Virus record (IMG/VR): IMGVR_UViG_3300037839_000771
Span: 1 to 33,409 of that record
Origin: a virus
Taxonomy: Duplodnaviria; Caudoviricetes
DNA: 33,409 bases
Reading direction: 5' to 3' (one strand)
This document shows positions 9,022 through 18,639 of this stretch, piece after piece; positions within the stretch are counted from its first letter, which is position 1, and each line of letters begins with the position of its first letter. The notes under the pieces were generated by a model, which saw only the letters and a list, made by a program, of their open reading frames with translations, searched no databases and was not told where the DNA came from. The position numbers and the translations under genes were made by a program.

Positions 9022-10350
9022 ATGAGATATTGTCTAGACCTAGATAATACAATCTGTATTACTCCTAGAAATGAATATGAAAAATCAACAATAATAGAAA
9101 AAGCTAAAAATTTAGTTAATAAATTATATCACAATGGAAATTATATTATTATAAATACAGCAAGGGGCGCGTCTTCTGGTATAGATTGGACAGAGTTTAC
9201 AGAAAAACAATTAGCTGATTGGGGAGTAAAGTACAACGAGCTTGTTACAAATAAAAAACCTAATGCAGACATCTTTATTGACGATAAGAATATGTCTATA
9301 GAAGAATGGTATAATTCCGATAAATTTCCTAAAGGATTCATTGCGGGTACATTTGATATAGTCCATAATGGATATATTAAATTCTTTGAATTTGCAAAAG
9401 AACATTGTAATAAATTAATGGTTGCGGTACATGAAGACCCATCTTTAGAAAAAAACGAGAAAAGCAAACCAATTCATACTTTAGAAGAAAGAATGGAAAT
9501 CCTTAAATCAATTAAGTATATAGACGAAATTTTTATATATCAAACAGAAGAGGACCTTCACGAATTAATAAGATTAATGAAACCAAGCGTAAGATTCTTG
9601 GACGAAACTTATAAAAATAAAAAAATAACAGGCGAAAAATTATGTCCAATCATATATCATGAGAGAAAGCATGACTACTCTTATACAAATTTAAGAAATA
9701 AAATTCTTGGTGGCGAAGCGTTAAATAACAAAATAAATCAAATTATTCTAGACTTAGTAGAAAAAGATAATCAAAACATTGATCTCCCCAATCAACTGCC
9801 CAGCGAAATTTTAATAAATTCTTTTATTGATAGCGCAATATCTAATATTACAGTTAAAGACGGTTTGATTTTAGAGTTTGGAGTTTATCAAGGTAGAACA
9901 ATAAATTATATAGCCTCAAAATTTCCAAACAATACAATATATGGATTTGATTCATTTGAGGGGCTTCCAGAAGAATGGAATGATAAAAATCCAAAAGGAA
10001 TTTATACATTAAATGGCAATCTACCTAAAGTTGAAAAAAATGTTGAATTAATTAAAGGATGGTTCAATGAAACATTGCCTTCGTTTATAAACGATCATAA
10101 GAGTCCAATTTCATTGTTACATGTTGATTGTGATATTTATTCATCTACTGTATGCGTTTTAGAATCATTAAAAGATCAGATCGTAGATGGTACAGTAGTT
10201 ATATTTGATGAAATTTGGAAATACCCAAATTATAAAGAACATGAAATAAAAGCTTTTGCAGAATTTCTTTTAAAATATAATTTTAAATATGAATGCATTA
10301 GAACTCTCAAGTCAAGATATGCGAAAGGAATATTTATATTAAAAAAATGA
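9022..10350 (+). CDS. Three-domain fusion: HAD phosphatase + cytidylyltransferase-like nucleotidyltransferase + TylF-like SAM methyltransferase
   Basis: aa 1-~98: DLDNT, TARG, KP.ADIFIDD. aa ~103-230: GTFDIVHNGY, KP...EER...L.SIKYID. aa ~275-442: LEFGVYQG, GFDSFEGLPE, KGWFNETLP, HVDCDIYSST, VIFDE. Confidence 0.85.
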   Translation: MRYCLDLDNTICITPRNEYEKSTIIEKAKNLVNKLYHNGNYIIINTARGASSGIDWTEFTEKQLADWGVKYNELVTNKKPNADIFIDDKNMSIEEWYNSDKFPKGFIAGTFDIVHNGYIKFFEFAKEHCNKLMVAVHEDPSLEKNEKSKPIHTLEERMEILKSIKYIDEIFIYQTEEDLHELIRLMKPSVRFLDETYKNKKITGEKLCPIIYHERKHDYSYTNLRNKILGGEALNNKINQIILDLVEKDNQNIDLPNQLPSEILINSFIDSAISNITVKDGLILEFGVYQGRTINYIASKFPNNTIYGFDSFEGLPEEWNDKNPKGIYTLNGNLPKVEKNVELIKGWFNETLPSFINDHKSPISLLHVDCDIYSSTVCVLESLKDQIVDGTVVIFDEIWKYPNYKEHEIKAFAEFLLKYNFKYECIRTLKSRYAKGIFILKK

Positions 10351-11237
10351 AAACTAAAGTAATAGTAACAGGAGGATGTGGTTTTATAGGAAGCCATGTA
10401 GTAGATTTATTAGTAGAAAATAATTTTGATGTCAATGTAGTAGACAACGTTTCTACTTCAAAAAATAATAAATACATACATGAAAAAGCAAAGTATATTT
10501 ATTTAGACATAACAGAAGATATTGAAAAACTAAAACAAGCATTTAATGGCGCAAAATATATATTTCATTTAGCGGCTTTTGCTAGAGTAGTTCCGTCTAT
10601 ACATGATCCAATGACTTTTCACAATATAAACGTAAATGGATCTTTAAACGTTTTCTTAGCGGCAAAAGAAGTTGGAGCAAAAGTTGTATTTTCTTCATCA
10701 TCATCTGTATATGGAAACCCAATAGAATTACCAGTAAAAGAAACTCATAGACTAGATTCAATGTGTCCGTATGCACTTCACAAGCAGATAGGTGAAGAGT
10801 ATCTTGAATTATTTAATAAAATTTATTCTTTGAATAGTGTTTCTTTGCGTTATTTCAATGTTTTTGGAGAGAGAGCCCCAAGAGAGGGAGCTTACGTCCC
10901 AGTAGTAGGAATATTCTTAAGACAAAAAGAAGCTGGAGAACCATTAACTATAGTTGGCGATGGACTTCAAAATAGAGATTTTGTACATGCAAAAGATGTA
11001 GCGAGAGCAAACCTAGCCGCAGCCTTAGATGAAAGAAATGGGGCATTTATATATAATGTTGGTTCTGGAAAATCGTTATCAGTAATAGAAATAGCAAATA
11101 AAATTTCAAAAGATACAATTCATATACCAGAAAGATTTGAATATAAAAGCGCAAGAAGCGACGTTAGTAAAATTAAAGAAGAATTAAATTGGGAATATAA
11201 AATAGAACTTATGGACTGGTTAGATTCATACGTATGA
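10347..11237 (+). CDS. NAD-dependent nucleotide-sugar epimerase/dehydratase (extended SDR)
   Basis: VTGGCGFIGSH, HLAA, SSSSVYG, YALHK (YxxxK), LRYFNVFG, GDGLQ.RDF. Confidence 0.93.
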   Translation: MKTKVIVTGGCGFIGSHVVDLLVENNFDVNVVDNVSTSKNNKYIHEKAKYIYLDITEDIEKLKQAFNGAKYIFHLAAFARVVPSIHDPMTFHNINVNGSLNVFLAAKEVGAKVVFSSSSSVYGNPIELPVKETHRLDSMCPYALHKQIGEEYLELFNKIYSLNSVSLRYFNVFGERAPREGAYVPVVGIFLRQKEAGEPLTIVGDGLQNRDFVHAKDVARANLAAALDERNGAFIYNVGSGKSLSVIEIANKISKDTIHIPERFEYKSARSDVSKIKEELNWEYKIELMDWLDSYV

Positions 11238-11872
11238 AAATATTATTTTTTATTACAATGCATAGGCAATTAGATGAATTAAAAATATATTCATATTTTT
11301 TCAATAAATTTAATCATATTAAAAATTTTGATATATTTATTTACAACACTAATAAAAATATTTCCGAGCAAATGGTTCGCAATAATTTAAACTTAAATAC
11401 GAAGGTGTATGTTCATTGCGATACTAATAATGAAGGATATGTTTTAGGGCTTTTTTCTGGATTAAGTCAAAATTATGATTTATATAGAGAATATGATTTT
11501 ATTGTTCACTTGCATCCAGATGTATTTATTTTAGACGATAAAAAGCTATATGAACTTTTAATTGATCAAAAAGATAAAGATATAGATTTTCTTGTTTCTC
11601 AAGTAGTCGAAGCGCCATTCGCGTATTTAACAGATTTATTTATATTTAAACCAAAGAATAATTTTATATCAAAATATATAAATTATCGAAATCTTGATTC
11701 AGCAGAAAAAATATTATTCTCAATAATAGAAGGCAATAATTTAAAAAAATATTTATTCTCAAGATACCCTAATGACGAAATAGGCGGTAAAAATAGAGAA
11801 ATAGATGAATATAATATATGGCACGAACATAAATTAGAAAATGTACTAAATTATATTCATAATATTAAATGA
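11234..11872 (+). CDS. Hypothetical protein, possibly GT-A-like
   Basis: ATGA-coupled ORF in the glycan island. N.GY..G and YDFIVHLHPDV resemble the GT-A DxD region. Confidence 0.45.
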   Translation: MKILFFITMHRQLDELKIYSYFFNKFNHIKNFDIFIYNTNKNISEQMVRNNLNLNTKVYVHCDTNNEGYVLGLFSGLSQNYDLYREYDFIVHLHPDVFILDDKKLYELLIDQKDKDIDFLVSQVVEAPFAYLTDLFIFKPKNNFISKYINYRNLDSAEKILFSIIEGNNLKKYLFSRYPNDEIGGKNREIDEYNIWHEHKLENVLNYIHNIK

Positions 11873-12645
11873 AAGTAATCGACTGCTTCCTATTCTCTAA
11901 TGAATTGGATATGCTTGAAATCCGTTTAAACGAATTAAATGATAAAGTAGATAAATTTTTAATTTGCGAATCAAGAGAAACTTTTGCTGGGAAACCTAAA
12001 GAATTGGTATATGAAAAAAATAAAGATAGATTCTCCCAGTTCGAAGAAAAGATTATTCATTTAGTCGTTGAAAAGTTTTCAGGCAGTGCTTCAGCAGAAA
12101 ATAGAGAATATTTTAATAGGAATTACATTCTAAATGGCGTACCAGATTCGTTTAATAATGAAGATATAATTATATTTTCAGATGTAGATGAAATCCCTAA
12201 GATAGAAAATCTTGACAAATCCCTAGACATCGCTGTTTTTAGACAAGATATGTATTATTTTAATTTTAATAGTAAATTTACAGAACCAAATGATCACGCA
12301 AATTGGCATGGATCAATAGCATTTAAAGCTAAATTTAAAAATAAATCAAACCTACAGAACATTAGATTTAATAGATACAATATACGACCAGTAATAATTG
12401 ATGGTGGGTGGCATTTTTCTTATTTTAATGACGTACATAACGTAATTAATAAAATCAAAAATGGAGGACATACTGAAATGCTTCATTTAGATTTAGATGA
12501 AAAACTAATTTCTGAAAGAATTAAAAATAGAATTGATGTTCTTGGTAGAGATGGTTATCTTTTAAAAGAAATAAAAAATAATCAAGATTTGCCTAAATAC
12601 GTTTTAGATAATAAAGAAAAGTATAAACATTTATTTTATGAATAA
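11869..12645 (+). CDS. Glycosyltransferase family 17-like (beta-1,4-GlcNAc transferase/MGAT3-like)
   Basis: DCFLFSNELDMLEIRLNEL...VD.F...ES..TF.G.PK, SDVDEIP, GGWHFSY. Confidence 0.88.
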   Translation: MKVIDCFLFSNELDMLEIRLNELNDKVDKFLICESRETFAGKPKELVYEKNKDRFSQFEEKIIHLVVEKFSGSASAENREYFNRNYILNGVPDSFNNEDIIIFSDVDEIPKIENLDKSLDIAVFRQDMYYFNFNSKFTEPNDHANWHGSIAFKAKFKNKSNLQNIRFNRYNIRPVIIDGGWHFSYFNDVHNVINKIKNGGHTEMLHLDLDEKLISERIKNRIDVLGRDGYLLKEIKNNQDLPKYVLDNKEKYKHLFYE

Positions 12646-13303
12646 TCTATTTATTGATATTGGAACTCATATGGGTGGTGGGCTGTTTAATTTTATTAAC
12701 AAATATAATATGACTAACCAAGATTGGGAAATTCATACGTTTGAGCCGCATCCATATTTATTTAAAACTGCTGGAGAAAATAACACAGAAAGACAAATTG
12801 GATATCCTCATTCATTTAAAGACATGAACGAATCGTTAAAACTAATACCACAAATAAATAGGCATAATGCTGCATGCGCAGATTTTGATGGGGAAGTAGA
12901 TTTATTTTTTGATAAGGGTCTTGAAGAGAATCACATGGGTAACACCATAGTAAAAGATGTATATGAAAATCCTGTTTTTAAAAATTATGATTTCAATAGA
13001 AGTTCATACATAAACGCTCCAGTTAAAGTAAAATGCATTGATGTATATAATTTTATAATGAATATTACTACATCTAAAAAAATAAACAATTTAATAATTA
13101 AAATCGATGCCGAAGGAGCAGAATTTTCAATTCTAAATAAATTTATTAAATCTGAATATAAAAATATTTTTGACGTAGATCATTGCAATATATATTGTGA
13201 ATTTCATCATTTTATGCTTAAAAATCCAAATGAATATCCATCTGTAGATTCATATAGAAATGAATTAGATAAGAAAGGAGTCCAACTTCATCCTTGGGGT
13301 TAA
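12638..13303 (+). CDS. FkbM-family SAM methyltransferase
   Basis: FIDIGTHMG, HTFEP.P, HNAA, KIDAEGAEF.IL, EFH. Confidence 0.85.
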   Translation: MNNLFIDIGTHMGGGLFNFINKYNMTNQDWEIHTFEPHPYLFKTAGENNTERQIGYPHSFKDMNESLKLIPQINRHNAACADFDGEVDLFFDKGLEENHMGNTIVKDVYENPVFKNYDFNRSSYINAPVKVKCIDVYNFIMNITTSKKINNLIIKIDAEGAEFSILNKFIKSEYKNIFDVDHCNIYCEFHHFMLKNPNEYPSVDSYRNELDKKGVQLHPWG

Positions 13304-13305
13304 TT

Positions 13306-14301
13306 ATGAAAAAACTTTTAATAACTGGCGGAGCAGGAATGATAGGTTCTATTTTAGCTAGATATTTTATTGATAAAAAATATCAAGTAATTATTCTAGA
13401 CGATTTAAGCGGTGGATTTATAGAGAATATTCCTAGTGAAGCAAAATTTTATTTAGGAAATATTTGCGATCAAAATTTCATTAATAAAACTTTTGAAATT
13501 GAAAAGCCCAATTTTGTAATTCATTGTGCAGCTTACGCAGCAGAAATACTTAGCCCTTTTATAAGGAATTATAATTATCAAAATAATTTAATCGGATCGG
13601 TTAATATTATCAATGCATGTATAAATAATGATATTGAGAAAATTGTCAACTTCTCTAGTTTTGCTACTTATGGGGAAGGGAAGCCTCCATTTAAAGAATC
13701 TGATTTAAGAGATCCAAAAGATTGTTATGGAATAGCTAAACTAGCAGTAGAAATGGATTTAAAAGAAGCACACGAACATTTTGGATTAAGATATTCAACA
13801 ATACTGCCGCATAATGTAGTTTCTAAGTATCAAAATTATTGGGATAGATATAGAAACGCAATAGCCATATGGATTAGACAATGCTCTCTTGGGGAAGATA
13901 TTACTATATATGGAGATGGTTTACAAACAAGAGCTTTCTCTGATTGTAAATTTTTATGCGAACCAATCGAAAAACTGCTTTATTCTTTTGATAATAATTT
14001 TTATAATATTGGATCAGATAATCCAATCACAATTAAAGATGCATCAGAGTTAGTATTAAAAGTCGGGACAGAGTTTGGATTTAATAAATCTAAATTAATT
14101 TTTCTTGAAAAAAGAAAAGAAGTAGTTCATGCTTACTGCGATCACGAAAAAGCTAAAAAAGAATTAAATTTCCAAGATGATACAGATCTAGAGAGCTTAA
14201 TAAAAAACATGTATATTCATTACTTGTCTTTTCCAGAAAAGAAAGTTGAATACATGAAATATGAAATAGAAAAAAATATGTATAGTTTCTGGAAAAAATG
14301 A
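13306..14301 (+). CDS. Second NAD-dependent epimerase/dehydratase (extended SDR)
   Basis: LITGGAGMIG, DDLSGG, HCAA, YGIAK, GDGLQTRAF. Start placed at ATG 13306 rather than TTG 13294. Confidence 0.9.
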   Translation: MKKLLITGGAGMIGSILARYFIDKKYQVIILDDLSGGFIENIPSEAKFYLGNICDQNFINKTFEIEKPNFVIHCAAYAAEILSPFIRNYNYQNNLIGSVNIINACINNDIEKIVNFSSFATYGEGKPPFKESDLRDPKDCYGIAKLAVEMDLKEAHEHFGLRYSTILPHNVVSKYQNYWDRYRNAIAIWIRQCSLGEDITIYGDGLQTRAFSDCKFLCEPIEKLLYSFDNNFYNIGSDNPITIKDASELVLKVGTEFGFNKSKLIFLEKRKEVVHAYCDHEKAKKELNFQDDTDLESLIKNMYIHYLSFPEKKVEYMKYEIEKNMYSFWKK

Positions 14302-15389
14302 AATATGATTTTTTAATAGTTGGATGTGGTTTATTTGGAGTAACCTTTGCCCAGCAAGCAAAAGAAAAAGGCAAGAAATGCTTAATTATTGATTCTAGAA
14401 ACCATATTGGTGGAAATATTTATACCGAAAATAAAGACGGTATTAATATTCATACATATGGCCCGCACATATTTCATACAAATAATGATGAAATATGGAA
14501 TTACGCTAATAGATTTACAAAATTTAATCACTTCATTAATAGACCAAAAGTAAACTACAAGGACAAGCTTTATTCATTTCCAATTAATTTGTTTACTTTA
14601 TATCAGCTTTGGGGAATAAAAACTCCAGAAGAAGCTAAATTAAAATTAGATTCAGTTAAAGTTAGAATTGAAGAGCCAAGGAATCTAGAAGAGTGGATTT
14701 TGTCTCAAGTAGGAGAAGAGCTTTACTATACTTTTATTCATGGATATACAAAGAAACAATGGAGCAAAGAGCCCAAAGATCTTCCTTCTTTTATTATAAA
14801 AAGACTACCAATTAGATTAAATTTTGATGATAATTACTTTTTTGATAAATACCAAGGCATTCCAATTGGTGGTTATACTAAAATTATAGAAAATATGACC
14901 GAAGGAATAGAAGTAATATTAAATGAAAATTATTTTGATAGAAGAGATTATTGGAATCAAAAAGCTGATAAGGTTATTTTTACTGGTAAAATAGATGAAT
15001 TCTATAATTATAAATACGGAGAATTAGAATATAGATCTCTAAGGTTTGAGGAATTTAAATTAAATATAAAAGATTATCAAGGTAATGCATACATTAACTA
15101 TACAGATGAAAGTGTTCCATATACGAGAATAATAGAGCATAAGCATTTTGAATTTGGACAGCAAGATGTTACTTATATTACCAAAGAGTACCCAGAGAAT
15201 TATATTAAAGGGGAGAATGCTCCATATTACCCTATAAATAATGATAAAAATAATGATCTATATAAAAAATATAGACAAATGAGCGAAAAAGAGAATAATA
15301 CATTATTCGGAGGAAGACTAGCAGAATATAGATATTATGATATGCATCAAATAATTGGATCTGCACTACAAAAAAGTAAAAACGTATAA
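14298..15389 (+). CDS. glf: UDP-galactopyranose mutase
   Basis: GCGLFG FAD site, HIGGN, YGPHIFHT, GYTKKQW, YQGIP..GYT, L.YRSL, TRIIEHKHF, PYYP, GRLAEYRYYDM. Confidence 0.95.
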   Translation: MKYDFLIVGCGLFGVTFAQQAKEKGKKCLIIDSRNHIGGNIYTENKDGINIHTYGPHIFHTNNDEIWNYANRFTKFNHFINRPKVNYKDKLYSFPINLFTLYQLWGIKTPEEAKLKLDSVKVRIEEPRNLEEWILSQVGEELYYTFIHGYTKKQWSKEPKDLPSFIIKRLPIRLNFDDNYFFDKYQGIPIGGYTKIIENMTEGIEVILNENYFDRRDYWNQKADKVIFTGKIDEFYNYKYGELEYRSLRFEEFKLNIKDYQGNAYINYTDESVPYTRIIEHKHFEFGQQDVTYITKEYPENYIKGENAPYYPINNDKNNDLYKKYRQMSEKENNTLFGGRLAEYRYYDMHQIIGSALQKSKNV

Positions 15390-16531
15390 TGAATACAAAT
15401 TTTATAGAAACATATCATGGCAAGAAAATAGACACTGCAAATATTTTAAATATTGAAGACGCAAGTAGACTTATCAAAGGTAGGAAAACTGTAGTAATAA
15501 CTGGAGTAACAGGCCAAGATGGAAGTCATATGGCAGATTTTCTTTTAAAAAATACTGATCTATTAATTTTTGGTGGAGTAAGAAGACTAAGCGTATACAA
15601 TCATGAGAATATCAGACACATTCAATCTGATCGATTCCATTTAATAAATTTTGATTTAACTGATTCTCACGCAATAGCCAGAACAGTAGAAAAACTTCAA
15701 CCAGATTATTTTATTAATTTCGCAGCACAAAGTTTTGTAGCAAGTAGTTGGGATTTCGCAAAACAAACATGGGCAACTAATTCTACTAGCGTTTTAGATA
15801 TACTAGAGGCCGTGAGACTTTATAAACCATCTTGCAGACTATATCAAGCTGGATCGAGTGAAGAATTTGGAAATGTACTATATAGTCCACAAGACGAAAA
15901 ACACCCATTGAGACCAAGAAGCCCATACGGAGCAAGCAAAGCAGCCTCTAGACAATTAATTAAGGTATACAGAGACTCTTATAACCTTTACGCAATTCAA
16001 GGATGGTTATTTAATCATGAAGGGACAAGAAGAGGAGAGGAATTCGTAACCAGAAAAATTACTAAAAATGTAGCAAGAATAAATAATGCTTTAAAAAATA
16101 ATGAAGAATTCAAGCCGATGGAGCTCGGGAATATGGAAGCTAAAAGAGATTGGAGCGACGCAGAAGATTTCATAGAAGGTGTCTGGATGATGTTAAATCA
16201 AGATAAATATAATTCAAATTATAATGGAGCACCAGAAGAGTATGTATTCTCCTCTAATGAAACTCATACGATTAAAGAGTTTGTTGAGAAAGCTTTTAAT
16301 ATAGCTGGAATTAAAGGTAATTGGATAGGAGAAAATGAACACAGTATGTATGTATCAAATGATAAGAAAATCCTAGTTCAAGTTAATCCTAAATTCTATA
16401 GACCAGCAGAAGTAGAACTATTATTAGGAAATTCAAATAAAGCAAGAGAAGAACTTAATTGGAAGCCAAAGATTTCATTTGACAAACTAATAGAAAAGAT
16501 GGTAACATCAGATATTGATAATTTAAAATGA
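15389..16531 (+). CDS. gmd: GDP-mannose 4,6-dehydratase (or GDP-heptose dehydratase homolog)
   Basis: ITGVTGQDGS, AAQSFV, SSEEFG, PRSPYGASK, FNHE..RRG..FVTRKI, LGN..AKRDW, RPAEV..LLG. Confidence 0.93.
   Translation: MNTNFIETYHGKKIDTANILNIEDASRLIKGRKTVVITGVTGQDGSHMADFLLKNTDLLIFGGVRRLSVYNHENIRHIQSDRFHLINFDLTDSHAIARTVEKLQPDYFINFAAQSFVASSWDFAKQTWATNSTSVLDILEAVRLYKPSCRLYQAGSSEEFGNVLYSPQDEKHPLRPRSPYGASKAASRQLIKVYRDSYNLYAIQGWLFNHEGTRRGEEFVTRKITKNVARINNALKNNEEFKPMELGNMEAKRDWSDAEDFIEGVWMMLNQDKYNSNYNGAPEEYVFSSNETHTIKEFVEKAFNIAGIKGNWIGENEHSMYVSNDKKILVQVNPKFYRPAEVELLLGNSNKAREELNWKPKISFDKLIEKMVTSDIDNLK
16479..16508 (+). promoter_or_regulatory. Possible internal sigma70-like promoter at the end of gmd
   Basis: TTGACA (16479-16484), 18 bp, TGgTAACAT ending at 16508. 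Confidence 0.4.
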
Positions 16532-17160
16532 AAAAAATATTAACTTCACAAGAAAAAATATACGAATTTCATGCACCAAAAGATTTGCTCGATAAGGTCC
16601 ATGAGCAAGTATTAAAAATAAATTTCTATAAAAATGAACACAATAAAATTTCTATTGACGTCTCTAGAAAAAATCAAGAAGAAATAGAAAAAAATTTAGC
16701 CAAAAACCCCAATTTTGACGAACTCCATCAATGGTTTATGGAATGTATTCAAAAAGTTTCAGTTGATACTGGTTATGAATGTGATTTTAAAATAGTTCAT
16801 ACATGGGCGAATAAGTCTGAAAAGGCAGAAAAACATCACGAACATAATCATCCTATGGCCGTAATAAGTGGAGTTTTTTATTTAACAACAGCTAGCGAAA
16901 ATGGTGGAGGAGAAACTTATTACGTTTATAGTTCAAGTACTTGGGATAAAGCCTTTTTAAGATATATTCATGAAGAAAAATATCTTATTAAACCAGAAGC
17001 AGGAAAATTAATACTTTTTCCTTCAATTCTCAATCACGGATGTCTTCCAAATAAAGAAGAAGACCCTAGATATACAATAGCTTTTGACGCTTTCCCTTGT
17101 GGTCAATTAGCTAGAATAGAAAAAGATGGGATAGACCTTGTTATTAGTGTCGTTAATTAA
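16528..17160 (+). CDS. 2OG-Fe(II) oxygenase (TIGR02466-like)
   Basis: WAN, HEHNHP..ISGVFYL, G.LILFPS.L.H, R.TIAF. Confidence 0.85.
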   Translation: MKKILTSQEKIYEFHAPKDLLDKVHEQVLKINFYKNEHNKISIDVSRKNQEEIEKNLAKNPNFDELHQWFMECIQKVSVDTGYECDFKIVHTWANKSEKAEKHHEHNHPMAVISGVFYLTTASENGGGETYYVYSSSTWDKAFLRYIHEEKYLIKPEAGKLILFPSILNHGCLPNKEEDPRYTIAFDAFPCGQLARIEKDGIDLVISVVN

Positions 17161-17165
17161 TTTTA

Positions 17166-17510
17166 ATGCAAAAAAATACAAATCATAAACTCTGTCAGTT
17201 TATAATTAAAAAATATATTAATCAAAAAGTAGACTGGCCAAGAGAAATTAAAATAGCTCAAAAATTAATTAAAACCTATAAAGGGTATTCTTTTTGGAAC
17301 GGACTCAAGCCTGCTAACCTCCCTAGTTTAGCGTTCTTTTTGACAGAAGATGGTAAGAAATTTATAGCTATGGAAAAAATCAAAGATAATCTAGAGCTAG
17401 ATAAACCGATTAAATTCGAAATACAAGAAATAAAAATTGGTGAAGATAAAAAAGTTTGCAAAAAACCTAAAAGCCTGTTAGAATTTATAAACTATGGGAA
17501 GAAAACCTAA
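17166..17510 (+). CDS. Hypothetical protein
   Basis: 114-aa ORF filling the gap before the recombinase on the coding strand. Confidence 0.7.
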   Translation: MQKNTNHKLCQFIIKKYINQKVDWPREIKIAQKLIKTYKGYSFWNGLKPANLPSLAFFLTEDGKKFIAMEKIKDNLELDKPIKFEIQEIKIGEDKKVCKKPKSLLEFINYGKKT

Positions 17511-18639
17511 AGATCAAGAACCAGTACAAGATACTGGACCTAGCGCAAAGAGTAGACTATCTTCATTTTTGAAAGAAAATAAAGATGATCATTATAATTA
17601 TGAAGAAGATGTTTATTATAAAGTCTCTACTGGAAGTCTAAATTTAGATATTGCTACAAGCGGAGGACTATGCCCAGGATTACATAGATTTATAGGTATG
17701 AATGAAGGTGGTAAAACTTCAGAAGCCTTAGAGGTGATGAAGAATTTTCTTAAGACCGTAAAAGATTCTAAAGCTTTATTGTTTAAAGCCGAAGGAAGAC
17801 TAAGCAAGGAAATCAAAGAAAGATCTGGAATAAAATTTGTAACATCTGCTGATGAATGGGAAGACGGCACATGTTTTGTTTTTGAATGTAATATTTTTGA
17901 AACGGTTTCGGAATTGATGAAAGACTTGATTCAAAATAATGATGAAGGCAAAAGATATATGTTTATTTTAGATTCTGTTGATGGTTTAATGACCAAAGGC
18001 GATAGCCTTAAAAACATGACAGAGGCAACAAAAGTTGCGGGTGGAGCAGTCATATCTTCGATGCTCATGAAAAAAATATCATTGGCTCTTTCTAAACGTG
18101 GGCATATCGCTATTTTTATAAGTCAAGTACGTTCTGATATTAAACTTGATCCATACGCCGCTAATAAAGATATTCGCCAAACGACTGCAACTGGAGGAAA
18201 TGCGCTTCTGCACTTTGCTAATTGGATACTTGAGTTTGAACCAAAATTTGGTAAAGATCTTATTTTAGAAAAGCCAAATGAAAGATACGATCAAACCAAG
18301 AATAAGATAATCGGACATAATGTTAAAATTACTATTAAAAAATCCACGAATGAGACAACTAATTCAAAAGTTCAATATCCTATTAAGTATGGTAGAAAAG
18401 ACGGCTCTTCGGTATGGAGAGAATACGAAGTTATTGATCAAATTCTTTCTTGGGAATTCGCAAGCGCCAAAGGAGCATGGGTAACTTTTGCGGACGAGAT
18501 AATAGAAGAACTTAAAAAAGAAAATTTAGAATTAAAAAAACAACATCAAGGCGTAGATAATCTTAGATCTTATTTAGAAGATAATAAACCGATTGTAGAT
18601 TATTTTTATAATAAATTCATTAATGCCTTGATTCTATGA
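17494..18639 (+). CDS. recA: RecA/UvsX-like recombinase
   Basis: STGSLNLDIA..GG, Walker A GMNEGGKT, Walker B ILDSV, FISQVR, GGNAL.H.A, GAW. Confidence 0.88.
   Translation: MGRKPKDQEPVQDTGPSAKSRLSSFLKENKDDHYNYEEDVYYKVSTGSLNLDIATSGGLCPGLHRFIGMNEGGKTSEALEVMKNFLKTVKDSKALLFKAEGRLSKEIKERSGIKFVTSADEWEDGTCFVFECNIFETVSELMKDLIQNNDEGKRYMFILDSVDGLMTKGDSLKNMTEATKVAGGAVISSMLMKKISLALSKRGHIAIFISQVRSDIKLDPYAANKDIRQTTATGGNALLHFANWILEFEPKFGKDLILEKPNERYDQTKNKIIGHNVKITIKKSTNETTNSKVQYPIKYGRKDGSSVWREYEVIDQILSWEFASAKGAWVTFADEIIEELKKENLELKKQHQGVDNLRSYLEDNKPIVDYFYNKFINALIL

Noticed and set aside
1921-16531. Ordinary bacterial O-antigen/capsule locus or NCLDV origin
   Set aside because: No export or polymerase genes. 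Flanking divergent RecA, DnaB, split DnaE and a gpM-like tail gene, plus sigma70 promoters and operon coupling, indicate a bacteriophage.
16528-17160. TET/JBP base-oxidising dioxygenase
   Set aside because: Motifs (HxH, SGVFYL, LILFPS) fit the common TIGR02466-like phage oxygenases, not the HxD TET/JBP pattern.
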